A stretch of 64,000 nucleotides of DNA from an uncultured archaeon. GTDB lineage: Archaea; Thermoplasmatota; Penumbrarchaeia; JASLWR01. The notes beneath the pieces were generated by a model. It was not told where the DNA came from and searched no databases. It was given only the letters and a program-made list of their open reading frames with translations. The translations under genes and the position numbers were made by a program. Shown one piece after another: positions 1 to 8,498 of the stretch; position 1 is the first letter of the stretch; the number at the start of each line of letters is the position of its first letter. The DNA lies in assembly GCA_964342815.1 (NCBI GenBank), contig CAYFHS010000007.1, forward strand, positions 64,001-128,000, given 5' to 3'.

Positions 1-3000
1 CTAAATTTCGAAACTACAGTGAAACCCAAGTTCGGAGGTTCTCTGACATCGGAGAGCGACTACGACAAAGCGCTCCCGGGAGCAAATGTCACATTCGTTG
101 TATTTCTGAAGAACACGGGTTCCCTGGCCAATGATACATTCGGTCTGAAATCGTCCGACTGCCCCTTCGATCAGATCACCATCACCCCTTCCCAGGTTGT
201 GGTCAACCGTACCGAATTCCAGCAGTTCCAGGTCGTGGTATTGATAGATGACGATGCGAAAGAGGGAAATCATTTTTTCAACGTCACTGCAAGAACGGCG
301 GGATCCGACCGGGTATTATCGAGAGATGACGAGATCATTGCAACACTGCAGCTGAAGATCGGCGTTATACAGCGCTACGGGGCCAGAGCTTCCTGTGCTC
401 TTCAAACCCAGGATGTGGCACCAAATAACTGGGTCACTTACGAGATCGAAATAGAGAACGAGGGAAACGGCCTGGACACCTTCGATATAACCAAGGATTC
501 CACGGTGGTGGGTCACATAGGTTGGGCCACCATCAACATTTCCCGGGTTTATCTCGAGAGCGACGAAACGGTCAAGGTGGAGCTAAATGTATCTATCCCC
601 AATTCAGTCCAACCCATAAACGTGATCATCTACGTGAATGCCACCTCAAGAGGCGATAACACTGTGGTTGCCAGCATACGGACCGTTACCACTGTTACCC
701 AAGACTTTGACCTTAAACTTTCCCCAGTTGCTGAAGAGAAGAAAACAGATCCCGGCGCCATGGTCAAATTCTTGGTTGACGTGAAGAACAAGGGGACGGG
801 CAACGATGAGATTGAGGTCACTATCGGCGCTGGAGCTTATAAGGTCTGGGCCAATATCCCGCAGGAGATGCTGGTATTCACACTTGCGCCCAATGCGGTC
901 AAGCGGATAACCGTCAATGTAACACCTCCGGAAGATCAGAACGATGGAAAATATCAGATAATTTTCAGGGCGGAATCCCAGACCAGTCCGGAAGAACTGA
1001 TTGTGGTTACTACCTTGACCGTAGAGGTCAAACCCAAGAGGGATCTTTCACTTGAAGTAGCCGAGGACAGGAAAGAGGTCATACCAAATCTCAGCGGCAG
1101 CGAGGCAACCGTGACCTACTCTCTGAAGGTAACTAACGAGGGAACGGCCAGCGATACCTTCAAGCTGGTGATCAGGGGGGTTGGCGATGATCCCAATTCC
1201 GGTCATCCATCATGGGTAAAATTATCCACAAGATCCATTGGTGCCCTGGCCGCTGACAAGGACACCACGGTAACCGTTACTGTTGAGATACCGAACAAGC
1301 AAGCTCCCACAGATACCGACGGATTCAACACAACCATCTATGTTTACTCTCCAGGAGGAGATGGAGTCGCGGACGACATTGGTAAAACCATAACAATGGT
1401 CACCGTGATCAAAACCGCATATGGGCTGGAATTATCCTCCTCCAAGAAGCGCTTGGAAACGCCGGACCTCACAACCCTTTCCGCTTCGAGCAGGGAAGTG
1501 CAATTTGCTTTCAAGGTGAAAAACATTGGTACCGGAGACGATACCGTCAAGTTTGAAATAGACCAGAAACCCACCGGTTGGGAAGGGATATCTTTCGACA
1601 CAGGCACCGAAGATATTACCAAGGGATTTACCATGAGCCACACACTGACTGTGAAGATAGACCGTGAAGTGGCAGTTGACGATTACGACATAGAGATCAA
1701 GGTCATTTCGAGAGGCGATGATACTCTTTATGCGGATACGGACGAATACGAGACAATGAAATTCACCGTGGAGGTGACGCAGATACACCATATCAAGCTC
1801 ACCGCCGCCCAAACCTCCAAGGAGGCGAAGCCGGGGGACACGTTAACTTACACGCTTACCGTGAAGAACCGGGGCAACCAGATGGATTCCATTACACTTG
1901 ATCTCCCCAACGAGATAATCTACTGGAGCACTCGAACCATCTCTCCACGGACCGTTGATATAGAAGCGGATGCAACCATCGATATTACGGTAACATGCCG
2001 GATATCCAGCGATTATACCGAAGCCCTCGAAGATACCTATTATACAAACATATCGGCCACGGCTGGCGAGGGAGCCGATGAGTACAAGGCATACGTTGAG
2101 CTTACCACCCTCATCTCACAGGAGTACAAACTTGAAGTGACCAGCCGCGACCTGGTATTGAAAGGGAAGGTTGATGTTAATAGGGGTGAAAAGTCAAAGG
2201 AAATCGTATTCAAATTTGAAGTCAAGAACAAAGGCAACGGAAAGGACAGTTTCAAGTTCGATCTTACCGGGGACTACTATAATTGGGGAAGTCTAAAAAC
2301 GGCCACCTCGGACGAACTGGAAGCAGGTGAGTCTCAAGAGATAGAGGTTACCGTGACCATAGGAGACGATTTTGACAAATACAAGGCTGATGATTATAAA
2401 ATTGGCCTCACCGTAAAATCGCAGGGAGATGAGGATGTTGAAAATACGGAAATAGAATTTACACTGACCATTGAAGAGGTATTTTCCCTAGATCTAACGA
2501 AAGATAATTCCATAACCATCAATCTCGCGGAGAAATCCTCTGGTTCACTGGATGTGGAAGTGGAAAACGTTGGGAACAAGGATGACACGGTCAGGTTCAC
2601 TGTGAGGGATAGCCCCGATGACTGGACCGTTAGCATTCTCCCCTCTACCAAGATGATCAAAATGGGAAACCTGCAGACCGTTTCCATCGAGGTCACACCG
2701 GACGATGACGTTGAGGAGAACTCTGACGACGACGAATACAAGATAATCATACGGGCCACCAGCGATGACGGTACCTATACTGACTTCTTCTTCTATGTAA
2801 ACATCGAAATGCCAGTCCTGGAGATAACGGGGATCGCTTTCGAGGATACTGTGGAAGACGGTAAGGAAACCACAATAACCGTCACCGTGAAAAACACAGG
2901 CAAAGCCGACGCCGAAGACGTGCTTGTCACGCTGTATGACAAGACGAAGAAGATGACCATAGGATCCTTCGAGGTATCGATAAAGGGAGTCGGTGATAGC

Positions 3001-3585
3001 GGTGAAGCGGTAATCGAAACATACGATTTCAGCGACTGGGCCAAGAACAAAATAACCAAAGGAAAACACAAGATTGAAGCAAGCCTTACCAACGAGCCCT
3101 CTAGCGAAGTGGACGAGCTAGAAAAGACGGTGGATGTCTCTGGTGAAGAAAAGAGTTGGATCAACGAGAAACAGGCCCAGTATACTCTTGGCGGACTTGT
3201 GCTCTTCTTTATTGTGGTAATAATCATCGTGCTTGTATTCTCCCGCTCGAAGAGACCCATTCCCGAGGACTTGAAAGAAGAGCTCGCAAAGGCCAAAGCG
3301 GAAGCCGAGAGGGAGAGACCCAGGGACGAAGCGGATGACGAGAAGGATGTAAAGAAAGTGAAAAAAGATGAGATAGAAAAGCTTCTGACCAAAAAGACCC
3401 TTCCATCTAAAGCCCAGGCGGCCCTCCCCCAAAGCACGAAAAAGGAAAAGGACGAGAAAAAACCTGTAAAACAGGTGAAGATAAAGTGTCCCAAATGTGA
3501 GAGCATACAGACGGTCACCAACCAGAAACGGCCGCTGGAATTCGAATGTGAAGACTGTGGTATGAAACTGATCCTGAAAAAATAG
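1..3585 (+). CDS. Large membrane-anchored surface protein (5'-truncated): tandem ~115-aa Ig-like NEW3/COG1470-type repeats, CARDB-like domain, C-terminal TM helix, cytoplasmic zinc ribbon
   Basis: Frame is open from base 1. Repeating 'V/I-x-N-x-G-x-x-x-D' modules; TM segment LGGLVLFFIVVIIIVLVFS; C-terminal CPKC...CEDC. Confidence 0.8.
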   Translation, partial: LNFETTVKPKFGGSLTSESDYDKALPGANVTFVVFLKNTGSLANDTFGLKSSDCPFDQITITPSQVVVNRTEFQQFQVVVLIDDDAKEGNHFFNVTARTAGSDRVLSRDDEIIATLQLKIGVIQRYGARASCALQTQDVAPNNWVTYEIEIENEGNGLDTFDITKDSTVVGHIGWATINISRVYLESDETVKVELNVSIPNSVQPINVIIYVNATSRGDNTVVASIRTVTTVTQDFDLKLSPVAEEKKTDPGAMVKFLVDVKNKGTGNDEIEVTIGAGAYKVWANIPQEMLVFTLAPNAVKRITVNVTPPEDQNDGKYQIIFRAESQTSPEELIVVTTLTVEVKPKRDLSLEVAEDRKEVIPNLSGSEATVTYSLKVTNEGTASDTFKLVIRGVGDDPNSGHPSWVKLSTRSIGALAADKDTTVTVTVEIPNKQAPTDTDGFNTTIYVYSPGGDGVADDIGKTITMVTVIKTAYGLELSSSKKRLETPDLTTLSASSREVQFAFKVKNIGTGDDTVKFEIDQKPTGWEGISFDTGTEDITKGFTMSHTLTVKIDREVAVDDYDIEIKVISRGDDTLYADTDEYETMKFTVEVTQIHHIKLTAAQTSKEAKPGDTLTYTLTVKNRGNQMDSITLDLPNEIIYWSTRTISPRTVDIEADATIDITVTCRISSDYTEALEDTYYTNISATAGEGADEYKAYVELTTLISQEYKLEVTSRDLVLKGKVDVNRGEKSKEIVFKFEVKNKGNGKDSFKFDLTGDYYNWGSLKTATSDELEAGESQEIEVTVTIGDDFDKYKADDYKIGLTVKSQGDEDVENTEIEFTLTIEEVFSLDLTKDNSITINLAEKSSGSLDVEVENVGNKDDTVRFTVRDSPDDWTVSILPSTKMIKMGNLQTVSIEVTPDDDVEENSDDDEYKIIIRATSDDGTYTDFFFYVNIEMPVLEITGIAFEDTVEDGKETTITVTVKNTGKADAEDVLVTLYDKTKKMTIGSFEVSIKGVGDSGEAVIETYDFSDWAKNKITKGKHKIEASLTNEPSSEVDELEKTVDVSGEEKSWINEKQAQYTLGGLVLFFIVVIIIVLVFSRSKRPIPEDLKEELAKAKAEAERERPRDEADDEKDVKKVKKDEIEKLLTKKTLPSKAQAALPQSTKKEKDEKKPVKQVKIKCPKCESIQTVTNQKRPLEFECEDCGMKLILKK

Positions 3586-3598
3586 TTTATTATAATTC

Positions 3599-3633
3599 GG
3601 GGGGCGAATCCCCCCCATTTTCTTTCTTTTTTT
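3599..3633 (+). terminator. G/C hairpin plus T-tract after the surface protein gene
   Basis: GGGGGG-CGAAT-CCCCCC followed by ATTTTCTTTCTTTTTTT. Confidence 0.6.
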
Positions 3634-3696
3634 ACTTAAAAAAGTTTTATCGAAAATAATAATATCAAAGAGTTATATTTCTCCAAAAAACTTCAT

Positions 3697-3770
3697 GGCT
3701 GAGATAGTGTAGCCTGGCAGCATATGGGACTGTGGATCCTCTGGCCCGGGTTCAAATCCCGGTCTCGGCC
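3697..3770 (+). tRNA. tRNA-His (GTG), with genome-encoded G-1; CCA not encoded
   Basis: Acceptor GCTGAGA/TCTCGGC, anticodon loop CTGTGGA, T arm CCGGG-TTCAAAT-CCCGG, discriminator C73, G at -1. Confidence 0.95.
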
Positions 3771-3824
3771 CTTTTTTTATTTATCGCGATACATTAAATA
3801 ATTCAAAAAATAGCGTGCTAACCG

Positions 3825-3916
3825 CTGTTACGATGATGAAAACTAACGTGGACTGAATCATTGGGCCCGCCTCGCGGCACCCAAAGGTGATGACTGACGG
3901 GCAGTCTGAGTAACGG
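3825..3916 (+). ncRNA. Box C/D 2'-O-methylation guide sRNA; D guide predicted to target 16S rRNA C1402 (E. coli numbering)
   Basis: C box ATGATGA 3833-3839, D' CTGA 3853-3856, C' GTGATGA 3887-3893, D CTGA 3906-3909, terminal stem CTGTTAC/GTAACGG. D guide CTGACGGGCAGT is complementary to the conserved ACCGCCCGUCA with one mismatch. TATA-like ATTAAATA at 3793-3800. Confidence 0.85.
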
Positions 3917-3945
3917 GATAATCAGAATTTCAAGGTGATGTAGTT

Positions 3946-4785
3946 GTGTCGTTGATAGACCTGATGAAAAGCTTGCAGGATTCCGGCAGCCCCTTCGCAC
4001 TCCTGACGGTGGTAGAAGCTAGTTCATCAACTCCCAGAAAGCAGGGCGCCCGAATGATCGTTGAATCCCGGGGCCGGACTACCGGCACCATGGGCGGAGG
4101 CCCTGTGGAGAAACGTGCCGCTGCCGCAGCAGAGGAAATGCTATTCTCCGGGGGTAAATCGTCTCTCCTGAAATTTTCGTTGGATGCCCCAAACAACGGT
4201 TCCCCCGATACGGTAGAAACAGGGTCCATATGCGGCGGAAGCATCTCTGTGTTCATCCAGTGTTTTTATCCTCCTGCCAGCTTGCTGATCGTCGGTGGCG
4301 GCCATATTGCAAAATTCATCTACAAATTAGCAAAGGATATGGATTTCGGGATAAGTATTGTCGAAAACCGGGAAGAATTCGCATCGCAGAACCGTTTTCC
4401 CGAAGCAAGGGTCATTCGTGGTAATTACCGCGAGGTCATATCAAGCATCCCGTATAATTCACCCACCTATGTCGTCATATTGACTCACGGACACAAGTTC
4501 GATCAAATTGTGCTTGATACCGTACTGGAAAGGGAATGGGATAATGTTTGTTACGTGGGAATGATGGGCTCGGCAAAGAAGGTTAAGGCAGTTCTTGAAA
4601 ATTCACTTGGGAAGGGAGCAAATCCAGAAAAGGTCAGCAGGATTCGGACACCCATCGGATTGAATATCGGAGCGGCTACGCCACAGGAGATAGCTATCGC
4701 GATAATGGCGGAGATAATTTCCGTCCGTCGTGGGATGGACTTGAATAATTCCCAAATAATGAGCATCGCAGGGACCGTATGCTAA
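3946..4785 (+). CDS. xdhC: XdhC/CoxI family molybdenum-cofactor insertion chaperone
   Basis: STPRKQGARMIV...GTMGGG, ICGG, GGGHIA, THGHKFD, YVGMMGS, PIGLNIGAATPQEIAIAIMAEI. GTG start with GGTGA RBS. Confidence 0.9.
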   Translation: MSLIDLMKSLQDSGSPFALLTVVEASSSTPRKQGARMIVESRGRTTGTMGGGPVEKRAAAAAEEMLFSGGKSSLLKFSLDAPNNGSPDTVETGSICGGSISVFIQCFYPPASLLIVGGGHIAKFIYKLAKDMDFGISIVENREEFASQNRFPEARVIRGNYREVISSIPYNSPTYVVILTHGHKFDQIVLDTVLEREWDNVCYVGMMGSAKKVKAVLENSLGKGANPEKVSRIRTPIGLNIGAATPQEIAIAIMAEIISVRRGMDLNNSQIMSIAGTVC

Positions 4786-5441
4786 TCTTTAGCATTAACT
4801 ATCTTTTTTACCATCGAGAAGAACATTGCAGCCGTAACCTGGACATCGTGCAGGGCAGAGTGATATTCTGTGGTATCGAATTCGTCCACCTTTTCCCTTC
4901 TGGCGCAATCTGACAGCCTGTGTTTCACGTTCCGTCCGTACATTGTTCGGCTGATCTTCAATGTATCGATTATCTTTTCGGGGTCAACGAGATCGAAACC
5001 CGCCCTGGTCATCTCGGCATTCAGGAAACGGAAATCGAAACTTACGTTATGACCCACCACCTTATTATCTGAGATGAATCCGGCAATTTCCGGTAGCAAT
5101 TCCTCTATATGCGGTTTGTCCCTAACGTCATAATCACTGATGCGGGTAAGGTTCGTGATCCGCCGGGGAATGGGCTTCGCTGGATTAACATATTTATTGA
5201 ATGACTCCCCAGCCAATATCTCTCCCTGATCGATTTTGTATTTCCGGATGGCCACCTCGATTATCCGGTCCCCTCGATTGGCACAGAAACCTGTGGTCTC
5301 AAGGTCCAGTACGACGAAATCCTCCATGGTTTCAAAAATCTGCAAGGCCTTGAAAATATCCGATGATGCTTTATCTGTTTCTTCATCTACCTTTTTCCAG
5401 CATATATCAGAATCTGCCGACAAAACAACACCCTTGACCAA
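4782..5441 (-). CDS. DnaQ-like DEDDh 3'-5' exonuclease
   Basis: VVLDLETTG (ExoI), VGHNVSFDFRFL (ExoII), HSALHDV (ExoIII). Confidence 0.9.
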   Translation of the reverse strand: MVKGVVLSADSDICWKKVDEETDKASSDIFKALQIFETMEDFVVLDLETTGFCANRGDRIIEVAIRKYKIDQGEILAGESFNKYVNPAKPIPRRITNLTRISDYDVRDKPHIEELLPEIAGFISDNKVVGHNVSFDFRFLNAEMTRAGFDLVDPEKIIDTLKISRTMYGRNVKHRLSDCARREKVDEFDTTEYHSALHDVQVTAAMFFSMVKKIVNAKD

Positions 5442-5447
5442 AATAAA

Positions 5448-6956
5448 CTATCTTATGAAGATCATCTCGGTGGAATCCAATATTCTTCTAGCTCGCCTGA
5501 GCTTATCGGGATTACCACAGTAAACGGTTGCAAGAAGCTCACCCTTTGCCACGATATCCTCGAACTTATGGTGGAAGTAAATACCGCAGCCATGGTTCTG
5601 AGGAGCTCCCGCCATCCTCGCCACCTTGGCCACTATCTGGTTCTGGATGTCTATTATCATTCCTGACGTATTGGCAACGATATCGAAGGTAAGGGGTGCA
5701 AGGCGCTCTCTCAGGTCGTCCAAAGACACGTCTGGATCCCCATCTTGAGCTGCAATTATTTCGCTGAACTTTTCATAGGCTTGGCCGCTGTCGATCACTC
5801 TGGCCATGAGCTCCTCACCGGTACCATCATGGTGGAAGTGTTCCATCCCGATGAGTTCCAGCAGCTTGCCTCCCACCATGAGAGCTTTATTTCGGAGGTC
5901 TGCCGGGGCGTCGGCAGTAGAACGAAGCACCTTCAGAACATCCATTGCTTCCAGCACCGGTCCAATCCCACTTCCAATGGGTTCATCACCATCGCTTATC
6001 ACCACGGCGGCTTTCATTCCCAGTCTGCTTGCGATCTGTATAAGCTCCCGTTCCAACAGTTTAGCTTCCCCAATGTTATTGTACCTCGTTTCGAGACCCA
6101 AGGGTATGTCGAGCATTATATGGGTGGCTCCCATGGCGTATTTCTTCGAGAGTATTGACGATATGAGAAGACCTTCGGGATCGGCCTTCAGCGGTTTTCG
6201 TACCGTAATTAATTTGGCATCGGCCGGGGCGATCTTAAGGCCACCGCCCCATATGATACAGCCGTTGGTCTTGGAAACTATTTTGCGTATCTCGTCCCGG
6301 GTGAAGGTGACGCGGCAGAGAACTTCCATCACGTCCGCTGTACCGGCAGGTGAAGTGATGGAGCGGGATGATGATTTCGGGATGGTAATGCCGAGAGCTG
6401 CAACTGCCGGGACCACGATCGGGGTTGTTCGGTTTCCCGGGACTGAGCCGGAACAGTGTTTATCGGCAACTATATCCGTTTCAAAGTCAAGCATGTCGCC
6501 GGTCTCTGCAATTGCCTTGGCGAGATAATACGTTTCATCCAGTGTGGTGCCGGCCATGTAGGTGGAGGTGATGAAGGAAGCGATCTCAAGGTCAGTCAAC
6601 TTGGCATCCACTATATCACGGACGATCTCGAATATTTCCTTCTCGGTCAGCTGCTGACGGTCCATCTTGCGTATGATATGGCTGACCGAGCTGGGTTTAG
6701 GCGCTGGAAACATTGAAACTTCATCCCCGTTTTTTATACCCAGTTTGTCAAAGGTATCTCCGAAAAGCCCTACCACGGGATTCGTCTCGTACCAGAAGTT
6801 CAGGTGAGCGGTCACCCATTTCGAGTGATCGGCGGGATTCTTCACTATCACCCGGTCCATGGGATGAAGGTCCAGTTCCCTTGCGAAATTTTTTCCGAGT
6901 ACAACCACGTCATGACCGCCTGACAGCAGGGGCAAACGTTTTGCTGGAACTCTCAT
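5448..6956 (-). CDS. deoA: AMP phosphorylase (thymidine/pyrimidine-nucleoside phosphorylase family, archaeal type)
   Basis: DKHCSGSVPGN, PKSSSRSITSPAGTADVME, IWGG, SILSKK motifs, plus the N-terminal extension typical of archaeal AMP phosphorylase; 502 aa. Confidence 0.9.
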   Translation of the reverse strand: MRVPAKRLPLLSGGHDVVVLGKNFARELDLHPMDRVIVKNPADHSKWVTAHLNFWYETNPVVGLFGDTFDKLGIKNGDEVSMFPAPKPSSVSHIIRKMDRQQLTEKEIFEIVRDIVDAKLTDLEIASFITSTYMAGTTLDETYYLAKAIAETGDMLDFETDIVADKHCSGSVPGNRTTPIVVPAVAALGITIPKSSSRSITSPAGTADVMEVLCRVTFTRDEIRKIVSKTNGCIIWGGGLKIAPADAKLITVRKPLKADPEGLLISSILSKKYAMGATHIMLDIPLGLETRYNNIGEAKLLERELIQIASRLGMKAAVVISDGDEPIGSGIGPVLEAMDVLKVLRSTADAPADLRNKALMVGGKLLELIGMEHFHHDGTGEELMARVIDSGQAYEKFSEIIAAQDGDPDVSLDDLRERLAPLTFDIVANTSGMIIDIQNQIVAKVARMAGAPQNHGCGIYFHHKFEDIVAKGELLATVYCGNPDKLRRARRILDSTEMIFIR

Positions 6957-6981
6957 GTATATTTCTCCACGGGAAAAAAAT

Positions 6982-7743
6982 TTAAAATGATTTTTTTATC
7001 TTCTTTTTAATGTCCTTTGCTACCTTATCCACCATTGAAAGCAGGTCATCTCCCGTTTTCTTCAGGACCTTCTTGGCTTTTTTGGAATCGTCCTTAACCG
7101 TTTTTTTAAGACCTTTGTTTTCCATCTCGGTTCTTTTATTCTCCACGGTATCCTTTAGAGATAGTAGAATTTTTTCAATTTCACGAAGACCGGAAATTGC
7201 TTCTTTTTCAAGATCCAATTCGTGAAACTCTTTTTTTAGTTCGTCCGCTTTGTTTTTTGTATCCTTAATGATCTCTTTAACTTTCTTTTTCCCCGTTTTT
7301 TCCTTCTTTTCAGTTTTATCTTTACCTTTCTTCTTTGTAACTTTTTTCTCTTTCTCAGCTTTTTCCTTGTCTTTTTTATCCTTTTTGTCGGCTTTCTTCT
7401 TCGTTTCTTTTTCTTCCTTTTCAGCTTTTTTTCTGTCTTTTTTATCCTTTTTCCCTTTCTTTTTCGCTTCCTTTTCTTCTTTTTCAGCCTTTTTCCGAGC
7501 TTCTTTATCCTTTTTCGTTTCTTTCTTCCCTTCCTGGGGCTCTTTTCCGGATTTTTTCAACTCTTTGGTCTTCTTCTTTGCATCTTCTTTTAACTCATCA
7601 ACCTTCTTTTTGGCCTCTTCCTTGATGCCTTTGACCTTCTTCTTCACTTCATTTTTAACATCCTTGATAACCTGCTCTACATCGATATCGATGCTCTTGT
7701 CGTTTTTTGCTTTCTTTTTTGAAGCGGCTCCTTTTCCAGGCAT
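6982..7743 (-). CDS. Lysine-rich low-complexity charged helical protein
   Basis: ORF track 6982..7752; probable ATG at 7743. About 94 Lys in 256 aa by manual count; repeated KKAEKEEKE units. Confidence 0.65.
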   Translation of the reverse strand: MPGKGAASKKKAKNDKSIDIDVEQVIKDVKNEVKKKVKGIKEEAKKKVDELKEDAKKKTKELKKSGKEPQEGKKETKKDKEARKKAEKEEKEAKKKGKKDKKDRKKAEKEEKETKKKADKKDKKDKEKAEKEKKVTKKKGKDKTEKKEKTGKKKVKEIIKDTKNKADELKKEFHELDLEKEAISGLREIEKILLSLKDTVENKRTEMENKGLKKTVKDDSKKAKKVLKKTGDDLLSMVDKVAKDIKKKIKKSF

Positions 7744-7894
7744 TTGAATCACCGGGCTTATATCGTTTCGGGCTTATTTAATAATTATTGGTTTGAGTAA
7801 GATAAAGCCACTTTTTTAGAAAAATATTTACATCATCCATGGATGAATCAGGATTATCTAAAAGATTAAATAAGAACAACAGCATAACTCCGCC

Positions 7895-8440
7895 ATGCGG
7901 AGGCATGCATACCCTTACGGCAGATATTTGGTGAGGGACACCGGTATCGGTGAACTGGGATTGAAATTGAAAGATTTTATGGGGAAGCTGGGATTTTCCG
8001 TTATAAAATACAATAAGAAGAACGAGGGAAACGGCATACTAATAATTTCCGTCAACAAAAAGATAATGAACCTCATGAAACAGAAGAAACCTCCGGGCCG
8101 CATTCAAATGCTTCTGAGCAAATGCCCCATGAACGTGCATTCCATCCGCGACCTGGTTTTCAGTGAATTTGGACGAAACATGCTCACATTTCGGGAAATG
8201 GACTGCGAATCGCAGCGGGTTGGCGTAGAGCTCTATCTGTGGCCCATGGAAAAGGGAGCGTTGCTGGAAATATTTATTTTACCGTACATGGAGCGATTGA
8301 ACCGGCCGGAAATCTTCGGGCTGACGCAATCCAAGGAGGAAGAGTTCACCGACTGGTATCTCTGTGTCAGGATATGGGATGTGATGATACCCGAAATTGA
8401 GGGAGAATTCGATCTAGAGCTCATCCATATGAGAGCATAA
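7895..8440 (+). CDS. Hypothetical protein (181 aa)
   Basis: Long ORF filling the gap between two minus-strand genes; no recognised motif. Confidence 0.6.
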   Translation: MRRHAYPYGRYLVRDTGIGELGLKLKDFMGKLGFSVIKYNKKNEGNGILIISVNKKIMNLMKQKKPPGRIQMLLSKCPMNVHSIRDLVFSEFGRNMLTFREMDCESQRVGVELYLWPMEKGALLEIFILPYMERLNRPEIFGLTQSKEEEFTDWYLCVRIWDVMIPEIEGEFDLELIHMRA

Positions 8441-8498
8441 CAACTGTTGGACTATGCAATAATCGTCCACTGTCTTTCACAGTTCTTACAAAATTTAA

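Noticed and set aside
7250-7747. Phe/Ser/Leu-rich plus-strand ORF (165 aa), and similar shadow ORFs such as 2793..3521 minus and 54469..54888 minus
   Set aside because: Antisense shadows of Lys/Glu-rich real genes; their composition is the expected complement of AAA/GAA codons.
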